Position numbers and translations under genes: made by a program
DNA from: a virus
Taxonomy: Duplodnaviria > Heunggongvirae > Uroviricota > Caudoviricetes
DNA length: 64,000 nt
Strand: one strand, 5' to 3'
IMG/VR virus record: IMGVR_UViG_3300021388_000002
Shown: positions 54,007 through 61,602 of the stretch, in pieces
How the letters are laid out: every line of letters begins with the position of its first letter
How positions within the stretch are numbered: position 1 is the stretch's first letter
The notes under the pieces: generated by a model
Database searches by the model: none
What the model was told of the DNA's origin: nothing
What the model saw: only the letters and a program-made list of their open reading frames with translations

Positions 54007-54022
54007 TTCCGGCCGCCGGGAA
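54007..54022. promoter_or_regulatory. palindrome variant TTCCGGCCGCCGGGAA, copy 18
   Basis: CAATG...GTTC; intergenic. Confidence 0.55.
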
Positions 54023-54028
54023 GTTCGG

Positions 54029-54361
54029 CTAGTGAAGGTCGATCCAGCGGGCGCGCTCGGCCACGTCGCCGGCGTTGCCGGCCGGCAGGACAGTTGGCGC
54101 GCGGTGCGTCTGCATCGTGGCCGGCTTGACCCATGTCCGCATATCGGCGAACCCGTCGCACGGCGCGTACGCCGTGTCGGACATGGGGGGTAGCGGCGAA
54201 CCGGAGGACAGGCCGGCGTAGTTCACGGGTGCGCCCGTGCGGCGTGCTGGCCGGGCCGGCCGCGCGCGATGTACCGGGCCGGCAGTAACGGGCACAGTTG
54301 CCGTCCGCCATTCACGGGCTACCGGGTCCCACGTGCGGACAGTCTCAGTCTGGCCGGGCAT
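54029..54361 (-). CDS. hypothetical protein
   Basis: GAGAGGCGGCATC ATG. Confidence 0.45.
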   Translation of the reverse strand: MPGQTETVRTWDPVAREWRTATVPVTAGPVHRARPARPARRTGAPVNYAGLSSGSPLPPMSDTAYAPCDGFADMRTWVKPATMQTHRAPTVLPAGNAGDVAERARWIDLH

Positions 54362-54387
54362 GATGCCGCCTCTCACTCTTACAGCGG

Positions 54388-54423
54388 GCCGGCCGCACGG
54401 GTAGCGGGTACCGTGCGGCCGGC
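54388..54423 (-). terminator. 13-bp perfect-stem hairpin downstream of gene 54441..55244 (no U-tract)
   Basis: GCCGGCCGCACGG-(10 nt)-CCGTGCGGCCGGC. Confidence 0.35.
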
Positions 54424-54440
54424 GGGTAGCGGGCAGGTGG

Positions 54441-55244
54441 TTACGCGGGCACCGCGATGCGGGCCGGCTTGCGCGCGTGACGCGGGCCGTTGCTGGGCTT
54501 GGCGGTGCTGGGCTTGGCGGTGCTGGGCTTGACGGCGCGCGCCGGCATCGGCGAAACACCGTTCTTACGGCAGTCGGGGCAGTCGGTGCGCGGCTCACTG
54601 GCCGGGTGCGCAGGCACGCCGCGAACCGCGTGCGTGGTGACCTTGACCGGTTCCGGTGAGGCGGCCGGCGTGGCGGACTCCAGTTTGGCTAGCCGAGCGC
54701 GGGCCGCCTTCAGCTCGCCCTCTAGGCGCAGCACGTCCGCGCGTGCCTGGTCAACTTCGGACAGGGCCGGCGCGCTGGCCTGGCCGTCCGTGTCCGTGTC
54801 CGTGCCGGCGCCGGCAGCGTCGCTCTTGCGCGACTGGACAAGCTTCTGGGCTTCCCGGACCGTCCACACCTGAGAGGTAAGCAGGCTGGCCCGGTCATCC
54901 TGCTTAACGAAAACCTGGTGAATGGTGTAACTGTTGTCCGCCGACCGCTCGTCTTCGGCGTACGCGGCGGCGATCGTGCGGTAGTTGATCAGCGTCTTGT
55001 ATGCGATGCCGATGTCGCCGGCGTAGCGCTGCATTGTCTTGTCCCCGTAGCCGACCGTCACGGCGCCGGCGAGGTCGCCTAGCGTCCACGCGGCTTTTCC
55101 GGCGTTCAGCGCGGCGCGCTTGCCGGCCGTCACTGCCTTGGCGTACTCACGGTCGGTCGCGAGGTCTGGCGTGGCCGGCTTGCTGGGCTTGGCGTTGCTG
55201 GGCTTGGCGTTGCTGGGCTTGGCGTTGCTGGGCTTGCTGGTCAT
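54441..55244 (-). CDS. first gene of leftward small-gene block; KPSNA / KPSTA terminal repeats
   Basis: N-terminal SNAKPSNAKPSNAKPSK and C-terminal KPSTAKPSTAKPSN; followed by strong hairpin. Confidence 0.55.
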   Translation of the reverse strand: MTSKPSNAKPSNAKPSNAKPSKPATPDLATDREYAKAVTAGKRAALNAGKAAWTLGDLAGAVTVGYGDKTMQRYAGDIGIAYKTLINYRTIAAAYAEDERSADNSYTIHQVFVKQDDRASLLTSQVWTVREAQKLVQSRKSDAAGAGTDTDTDGQASAPALSEVDQARADVLRLEGELKAARARLAKLESATPAASPEPVKVTTHAVRGVPAHPASEPRTDCPDCRKNGVSPMPARAVKPSTAKPSTAKPSNGPRHARKPARIAVPA

Positions 55245-56212
55245 GATGACTCCCGGTTGGCTCGGTTCGGTTGCTGTCCCTGTCTGGCCGTACGGCCAAG
55301 GCCGGCCAAGGTGCGTTGTGCGGTGCGTACGTAAGCGAACCGCCGGCAACCCTTACGGGCGCCCGTTCGCGGAAGTAGCGCGGTGCGCGTGGCACCTTGG
55401 CCGACCCAAGGTGTACGGATGCGGATTGAATGGCGGACCAGGTCGGCGGACCGATGATCTAGGCGGCCGGCGCATGACGTGCGCGAGATGTGGCCGTTAC
55501 GCCGATGCCTGGTCTAGGTGGCAGTGATCCGCGCGGATAGTTGCTAGGCATCCCGCGAATCGTGGGGAACCGTGTTCGCTAAGCGTCCCGGTTCCGCTAG
55601 GGCAGACTCACCCCAAAGTTGCCGCGTAGTTCGGTGCGTAGGGTCGCCGGACCGTATCCCCGGTTTACCGGAGCCTGCTGTCCGATTCTGGCGACGTATG
55701 CGCGGCGCGTTGCCTCCCGGCTATGCGCGGCGCGTCCTCTAATCGCTCGCCTACCCGCTTGCGCGGCGTGTCCTCAGCTATGGAGTTCTCAAGGTGCCCG
55801 CCGGCCGTGTCCCGTGCCATTCGGTGGGGGCCGGCGTCCCGTTCGGTATTTGGTTGAGACGCCAGTATGCGCAGAGTCCGTAAGAGTATGCAAGCTCAAT
55901 ATTCCCGACGGCCGGACTATTGCATGATCATCAGGCTCTGACTTGCGACGATAACAAAAAATGTGACGTGCATCACATTGTGGCGCGTCCGTCTGTCACG
56001 GTGCCCCGTGGCCGGGCCGGCCAGTGCTGGCCAGGCATGCCCTGGGGACCGCTCTTGACCAGCCAAAACGCCTAGCGCGGCTAGGGTGGCCTTATTGCCT
56101 AGGGTTGGGGGGTAAACCCGTTAGCGTGGCTCTCAGAGCCGTTTAGGGCCATGTCCGGTTTGCCCGTTTCTCTGGTCTGGGCCTGGGCTGGCCCGACGCG
56201 ATATATCGCGCT
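55245..56212. promoter_or_regulatory. non-coding, lower-GC, CTAG-rich region upstream of leftward gene block; contains 7-bp inverted repeat AATGTGA-(6 nt)-TCACATT at 55960-55979
   Basis: stops in all frames; many CTAG tetramers; A-tract GATAACAAAAAATGTGAC. Confidence 0.4.
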
Positions 56213-56522
56213 ACCTGGTGAGCCGTGCCGTGCCCGTGGCCACCTGGTGAGCCGTGCCCGTGGCCACCTGGTGAGCCGTGCCCGTGGCCACCTGGTGAGC
56301 CGTGCCCGTGGCCACCTGGTGAGCCGTGCCCGTGGTCGCCCGGCTGGCCGTGCCCGTGGTCGCCCGGCTGGCCGTGGCCGTGGTCGCCCGGCTGGCCGTG
56401 GCCGTGGTCGCCCGGCTGGCCGTGGCCGTGCCCGGTATGCGGGAACACACGCGGCGTGCCCGTGGTTGTCACCTGGTGAGCCGCGCTCGGTGGCTACCTG
56501 GTCAGCCGGCCGCCTGGTGAGC
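56213..56522. repeat. tandem 24-bp repeat array (ACCTGGTGAGCCGTGCCCGTGGCC x5 then TCGCCCGGCTGGCCGTGGCCGTGG x4, degenerate copies to 56522)
   Basis: direct tandem copies read from sequence; all six frames open (His/Gly- or Pro-rich translations). Confidence 0.7.
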
Positions 56523-56527
56523 ATGGG

Positions 56528-56730
56528 TCGTTAGCAAGGGCAACTGTTAGCCGTGCTAAGGATTGTCGTTAGCAAGGGCAACTGTTAGCCGCGCTAAGGA
56601 CTGTCGTTAGCAAGGGCAACGGTTAGCCGGGCTAAGGATTGTCGTTAGCAAGGGCAACGGTTAGCCGGGCTAAGGATTGTCGTTAGCAAGGGCAACGGTT
56701 AGCCGGGCTAAGGATTGTCGTTAGCAAGAC
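56528..56730. repeat. tandem 38-bp iteron-like array x5.3 (TCGTTAGCAAGGGCAACGGTTAGCCGGGCTAAGGATTG), each with internal palindrome TTAGCCGGGCTAA
   Basis: unit starts at 56528, 56566, 56604, 56642, 56680, 56718. Confidence 0.75.
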
Positions 56731-57075
56731 TAATGACCTGTTGCAGAAATTCGAATGCCTGTTCGTCGTACAGGTGTTCGATTTTTTTGTGCGCATTAGG
56801 GGGGATGCCTGCCACACGCGATTCTCCCCGCGCGAAAAATACCCGCGCACGTGAAGCTCGAACAAAATCGCGAAATCTGTTCTGGTGTGATGGTGACCGG
56901 ACGTGTGACCCAGATCGCCGCCCGTCCCGCGATCGCAACGCGCTGACCTGCAAGGATCACGCGGGTGGTCATACCGTCGCGCCCCGCGGGTCACACCAGG
57001 ATCACAGCCAGGATCACGCCCGCCGATCACACCGATCACACCCTGGACCCTGTGTCCTAGCCCTACAATGGGTGG
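56731..57075. promoter_or_regulatory. AT-richer region with clustered GGATCAC/GGTCAC repeats and TACAAT -10-like box 6 nt before GTG of PadR gene (leaderless-type promoter)
   Basis: GATCACGC, GGTCACACC, GGATCACAGCC, GGATCACGCCC, GATCACACC x2 between 56940 and 57045; CCCTACAATGGGTGG GTG. Confidence 0.35.
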
Positions 57076-57363
57076 GTGCGGAAAACCCTGAACCTGGCTG
57101 TGCTCCTGGGCGCTTTGCTGGCCGAGCCCGCAGCGCAGTATGGTCTGCAGCTGATGGCGGTAACGGGCCTGTGCTCCGGCACGCTGTACCCGCTCCTGGC
57201 CCGGCTGGAAGCCGCGGGACTGGTGGCCGCCGAGCAGGAGCGGGGAGCCCCGCGGGAACTGGGCCGCCCGCTCCGGCGCTACTACCTGCTCACGCCCGCC
57301 GGGGCGCGGTTTGCCTGCGAGATGCTGGCCGCGCTGCCTGAGCTGCCCGTGCGGCCGGGCTGA
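57076..57363 (+). CDS. PadR-family transcriptional regulator (GTG start)
   Basis: GTLYPLLARLEAAGLV winged-helix signature. Confidence 0.6.
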   Translation: MRKTLNLAVLLGALLAEPAAQYGLQLMAVTGLCSGTLYPLLARLEAAGLVAAEQERGAPRELGRPLRRYYLLTPAGARFACEMLAALPELPVRPG

Positions 57364-57557
57364 GCACCCGGGGAGGGCCAGCGATGGTGCCCATCCCGGG
57401 CTCTGGCGGGCCTGATTTTGTGTGAACGGGGCATGTGCGAAGCGCGAATCCTGGCCGGTTCGGCGCACCTGCCGTCTCAGGCGCCCCGTGAGCCGTATGA
57501 TCTCGGGCTGGGAGCAGCGCTCAGCAAGTCATCACCGAGCAGGGAGACGACGGGGAC

Positions 57558-57929
57558 ATGAAGGTGCTCAGCATGCACAGGTACACCGATATGCAGGTGG
57601 CCGAGACCTGCCACGGCGCGTTTACCGGCCTGCAGTCCGCGACCCAGGATGACTTCCCGTCGCCGCCGTTCCTGTACCTGCACCGGGACCTGAAGGAAGC
57701 CGCGGCCGAGGGGGTGCGCCGGGCGCGGGCGGGTGGCGTGCTGTCCGCCCGTGAGCACCATCAGCAGTGGAAGGGGTTCATGGAGGCCCGCGGGTGGACG
57801 CTGGGCCCGCGCGACCCGGAGGAGCGGACACACCCGGATCTGGTGGACTGGGAGGCGCTGCCGCACGAGGAGCAGGTCAAGGACCGGCTGTTCATCGCCA
57901 TCGTGATCGCGCTGACCGTGGACACGTGA
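57558..57929 (+). CDS. RyR (ryanodine-receptor-like) domain protein
   Basis: EHHQQWKGFMEARGWTLGPRDPEERTHPDLVDWEALPHEEQVKDR. Confidence 0.6.
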   Translation: MKVLSMHRYTDMQVAETCHGAFTGLQSATQDDFPSPPFLYLHRDLKEAAAEGVRRARAGGVLSAREHHQQWKGFMEARGWTLGPRDPEERTHPDLVDWEALPHEEQVKDRLFIAIVIALTVDT

Positions 57930-58279
57930 CCGCGGGCATGCGCCGGTCATCAGTCCGCCAGCATGTCCGCGCTGTGGTCGCGTGCCCGTCGTGCACGGCC
58001 ACTGCCGGGGAGCCCTGCCGGTCCTACCGGGACAGCTGGCATGGCCCGGCGCGGGGCACGACGCTGAGCGAGATGCACGCCGCCCGGTGGGCCGCGTTCC
58101 GGGCCTGGCTGGCTGAGCAGGCCCGGCGCCGGTATCTGGAGTCGCTGCCCGTGGCCGGCCCGGTGTGCGCGGACTGGGCAGATGAGGTCTGGGCGGACTG
58201 CGCGCACGGCTCGTGCCAGATGGCCGCCGCCGGCCTGCTGCAGGGCTGGGAACGCGAGCTGAGGGAGGCGCTGGCATGA
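57926..58279 (+). CDS. Cys-rich hypothetical protein (GTG start; ATG at 57938)
   Basis: GTGA coupling; CPSCTATAGEPC. Confidence 0.4.
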   Translation: MTAGMRRSSVRQHVRAVVACPSCTATAGEPCRSYRDSWHGPARGTTLSEMHAARWAAFRAWLAEQARRRYLESLPVAGPVCADWADEVWADCAHGSCQMAAAGLLQGWERELREALA

Positions 58280-58485
58280 CCGAGAAGGCCCTGCAGCTGC
58301 TGGATGAGGACCCGGACGCCGCCCTGGAGGTCATCATGGGCCGCCACCGCGGCAGCAAGGCCTGGGCGGCGATCTGCCTGGCCGATGCGATCCGGCACGG
58401 CGACTACCCGCAGGGCTGGCGGAAGCTGGACGGGACCCGGCAGGCCGCAGATGTTCCGGGCGCCCGGAAAATGACTCCGGAATGA
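58276..58485 (+). CDS. small hypothetical protein
   Basis: ATGA coupling. Confidence 0.4.
   Translation: MTEKALQLLDEDPDAALEVIMGRHRGSKAWAAICLADAIRHGDYPQGWRKLDGTRQAADVPGARKMTPE
58454..58469. promoter_or_regulatory. palindrome TTCCGGGCGCCCGGAA, copy 19 (in 3' end of plus-strand gene 58276..58485)
   Basis: GATG...AATG; encodes VPGARK. Confidence 0.45.
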
Positions 58486-59012
58486 TCCAGCACTGATGCG
58501 CATCTGATGTTAGGCTCGGGCCGTTACCCCTTCCAGCAGGACGCACAGGAGGCACCGCATGGAGTACGGTTCAAGCGCCGCGTCGGTGGAGAGCCGCGAG
58601 ATCGAGCCGGGCGGCAGCAGCTCGCTCTGGTTCAACCCGCGGCCGGTCATCAGCGTGCACCAGACCGAGTCCATCTAGCCGGCTCGCGCGGGACAGCCCG
58701 CGGCCTCGCGGAACAGGCCGCGGGCTGTCCCGGTAACCGGGACGGCCGGTGGCGGGCCGGGGAATGGGGCTGCTCGCTCGGCCTGTCCCGCTACTGGGAC
58801 CGGCACCGCTGCTCATCACACGACCGGGGAAGGAACCCGTGAACCTCAGCTTCAACCCCAACGGGGCCAGCGACGCCAGCGCCAGCCACCAGGCGGCCGA
58901 CCGGCACTACCCGGGCGCGAACCTGCTGGCCCGGCTGCTGACCGCCAGCGGCGAGGAGACCAGCCCGCTCTGACCCTGGCCGGCTGGCCGTTTAATTAGG
59001 TAGGCTAAGCAG

Positions 59013-59495
59013 ATGGACTCTCACGAGCTGGCCGCCGCGCTGACGCTGGCCATCACCCGGCTGGACCGTGATATCCACATCCGCCAGGCCCCGGGCGTGA
59101 CCGTGGGCGAGCTGGCGATCCTGACCCACCTGGACATGCTCGGCCCGTCCACCCCGGCCGACCTGACCCGGCTGGAGCGGATCGCCAGCCCGTCCATGAC
59201 CCGGTATCTCAAGCGGCTGCTGTACCGCCAGCTGATCGATATCGTGCCCAACCCGGCCGACAGGCGCAGCGCACTGGCCACGATCACCGATGCCGGGCGG
59301 GTGCAGGCCGCGCAGGCGCGGGCCGGGGCGTGGCTTCCTCCTCAGCTCGCTGCGCTGCTGCCGCAGGACCAGGCTGTGCTGGAAGCGGCGCTGCCTATCC
59401 TGCAGCGGCTGTGCGCCGAGCCCGACTGCACCGACGATGGCGCTGGCCCGGCTCCGGGGCCATCACCGGAACCGGGCCAGCCAGAAGCACCGTAA
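59013..59495 (+). CDS. MarR-family transcriptional regulator
   Basis: VTVGELAILTHLDMLGPSTPADLTRLERIASPSMTRYLKRL. Confidence 0.6.
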   Translation: MDSHELAAALTLAITRLDRDIHIRQAPGVTVGELAILTHLDMLGPSTPADLTRLERIASPSMTRYLKRLLYRQLIDIVPNPADRRSALATITDAGRVQAAQARAGAWLPPQLAALLPQDQAVLEAALPILQRLCAEPDCTDDGAGPAPGPSPEPGQPEAP

Positions 59496-59522
59496 CAGCT
59501 CACCAGGCCGCTAACCGCAGGT

Positions 59523-60248
59523 TCAGTCCAGCGCGAGGTCCCATTCCTCAACCGTCGCGGCGTCCACCGCGCGTGTCACCCGGCTCAGCGACCACGGGCC
59601 GGTGTTGATCTCACCGTTCTTGCCGAACCCGACCCACTTGCCGCGGTAACCCGTGCCGGCCTCGTGCTCCAGCATCTGGAACGCCCCGGTGTAGGTGGCG
59701 CTGCGGTAGTAGCCATCGGCCTTGGTCCGCTCGGTCCAGGTCCCGGTGAGCACCTGGCCGTTGAGCGAGGCGTCCATGGAGACCGCGCTGGTGCTGGCGG
59801 GCACCGACCGGATCATCAGCCGGCCGCCGTCGTGCAGGACCAGCACGTAATGCCGGGAGGTGAACTCCGCACCGTCACGGCCCGAGGAGGCGTAGGTGTA
59901 CTGGCTCAGCCAGATCCCGGTCAGCGGGCCGTGCCCGAGATCAGCCGGGACCGGCAGCACCGGGGCATCCAGCCCGGCCTCGGCCGCGGCCTGGGCCCGG
60001 CTCATCCCGTAGTTCAGGTCGGCGTCGAAGCCCAGGTTCCCGATCGGCTGGCCGAGCACGTCTTCCAGCAGGAGCTGGTACCGCGGCTGCGGGCGGCGCA
60101 CCCGGCCGTCTTCCCAGCGCTGGACCATAGCGCGGTTGCACCCGTTCAGGTCGCCTGAGCGCCAGCCGGCCCGCTGGATCTCCCGGGCCAGGCCGTCCTG
60201 GCTCAGCCCGGCGCGGCGGCGGGCCTCTTTCAGCGCGATGTTGGCCAT
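59523..60248 (-). CDS. XRE-family HTH regulator with C-terminal domain (repressor-like)
   Basis: IALKEARRRAGLSQDGLAREI HTH; divergent from 60454 gene. Confidence 0.6.
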   Translation of the reverse strand: MANIALKEARRRAGLSQDGLAREIQRAGWRSGDLNGCNRAMVQRWEDGRVRRPQPRYQLLLEDVLGQPIGNLGFDADLNYGMSRAQAAAEAGLDAPVLPVPADLGHGPLTGIWLSQYTYASSGRDGAEFTSRHYVLVLHDGGRLMIRSVPASTSAVSMDASLNGQVLTGTWTERTKADGYYRSATYTGAFQMLEHEAGTGYRGKWVGFGKNGEINTGPWSLSRVTRAVDAATVEEWDLALD

Positions 60249-60453
60249 GATTCCACGCTAGCACTGGAATGATGCCTAAATGATTCAGCGTTCTAGCTAG
60301 TTGACAGTGCGTCGCGGAGGTTACGCTATCGATCCGGCTATGTCTTTAGCGACGCTAACGGACTGCGGTGGTACTCTAACCGCAGACGGGGGTAGGGCCC
60401 GCTGACACGAGCCGTACCCCCTGACCGACCCCGTTGCGAGGAACGAGGACCGG
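60249..60453. promoter_or_regulatory. divergent low-GC intergenic region with CTAGCTAG and ATTCCA-(9 nt)-TGGAAT inverted repeat
   Basis: read from sequence; candidate operator for adjacent XRE gene. Confidence 0.35.
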
Positions 60454-61602
60454 ATGAACCAGAACTCTAGCCGGGAAGTGCCCTGGCGGGCAGGCCCCGC
60501 CCAGGATGACGGCGAGCGCGCGGTAGCTACCCTGCGGTCGTTCAGCGCGACCGTGCGCGGCGCCCGGGACAGCGCGGCTGCCGTGGCGCACTCGGCTGGG
60601 GAAGCCGCCTCGGCGGGCGTGCGCACGATGCAGCACCGCCGGGCCTGGCTGACCGCCGTGCCGATCGCGGGGGTTAACTCGATCGCGTTCCTGGGCCAGC
60701 TCGGCTGGCTGCGGGACAACCTGCGGTGGTTCCTCGGCGGCCAGATCCTGTTCGCCGCGGTGCTGGAGTCCATCGCGGTCTACCTGGCCTGGCAGGCGCA
60801 CCTGGCGCAGAAGGCCGACGACTCCGCGCTGCGGCTGCGGCTGGCCGCCTACCTGGTGGCCGGCGCAATCGGCGCCATGAATTACAGCCACTACTGCGGC
60901 CGGGCCGGGCGGCCCACGGTGCTGGCGGTCGCGTTCGCGCTGTGCTCGGTCATCTCGCCCTGGCTGTGGTCCATCCACTCGCGCCGGGAGTCCCGGGACG
61001 AGCTGAAGGACCGCGGCCTGATCGAGCCGCATGCCGTCCGCCTCGGCGGCACTCGCTGGGCCCTGCACCCGTACCGGTCGTTCCGGGTCATGTTCCACGC
61101 CACCTGGGCGGGCGAGACCGACCCGGCGCGTGCCATCGCCCTGATCGGCGTGCCGCGCACCTGGCCCGAGCGCCGCGAGACCGCCAGGGCCGTGCGCGCG
61201 TTCACTGACACCGCCCAGGCCATGCACGCGGCGGGCACGTTCCCCGCTGAGCCGGCCGCGGAGAGCGCCGTGCCCGCGGTCACGCCCGTGGTGCCCGCGG
61301 TGCCCGCCCGGGTGCGCGTGCCCGTGCCGCCGCGCCCGCCGAAGCCTGCTGTGACCGCGAGGAACGTGACCCCGCTGCCCGCGCGCACGGAGCCGTTCCC
61401 GCTGCGCGGTGAGCACGAGCACGCGCTGGTGGACGAGCTGGTCGTCAAGGCGAAGGCCGGCGTCCCGCTGCCGGAGCAGTGGGACCTGGCCAAGGGCCGG
61501 CTGAACCGCAACCGGCGCGCCGCGGCCCGGGTGCTCGCGCACGTGGCCGCGCGGCTGGAAGGTGGCGATGGCAATGACGATGACCGAGCCTCCCGCGACT
61601 GA
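60454..61602 (+). CDS. DUF2637-like polytopic membrane protein
   Basis: four N-terminal TM helices then Pro/Ala-rich linker and C-terminal domain. Confidence 0.5.
   Translation: MNQNSSREVPWRAGPAQDDGERAVATLRSFSATVRGARDSAAAVAHSAGEAASAGVRTMQHRRAWLTAVPIAGVNSIAFLGQLGWLRDNLRWFLGGQILFAAVLESIAVYLAWQAHLAQKADDSALRLRLAAYLVAGAIGAMNYSHYCGRAGRPTVLAVAFALCSVISPWLWSIHSRRESRDELKDRGLIEPHAVRLGGTRWALHPYRSFRVMFHATWAGETDPARAIALIGVPRTWPERRETARAVRAFTDTAQAMHAAGTFPAEPAAESAVPAVTPVVPAVPARVRVPVPPRPPKPAVTARNVTPLPARTEPFPLRGEHEHALVDELVVKAKAGVPLPEQWDLAKGRLNRNRRAAARVLAHVAARLEGGDGNDDDRASRD

Noticed and set aside
35448-54022. 16-bp palindromes as rho-independent terminators
   Set aside because: There is no downstream U-tract. 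They lie 5' of SDs rather than 3' of stops in most cases, and several are inside coding sequence. An RNA hairpin role is still possible but a classic terminator is unlikely.
56213-56730. Tandem direct repeats that could be mistaken for a CRISPR array
   Set aside because: Units are contiguous with no unique spacers, there are two unit types (24 bp and 38 bp), and no cas genes other than a phage-type Cas4-like nuclease 45 kb away. Iterons or satellite is the better reading.
56683-57468. 261-aa minus ORF and 208-aa plus ORF (56715..57341) spanning the AT-richer region
   Set aside because: They cross the non-coding repeat and promoter region and overlap the PadR gene; composition is Arg/Gly-rich; no SD.
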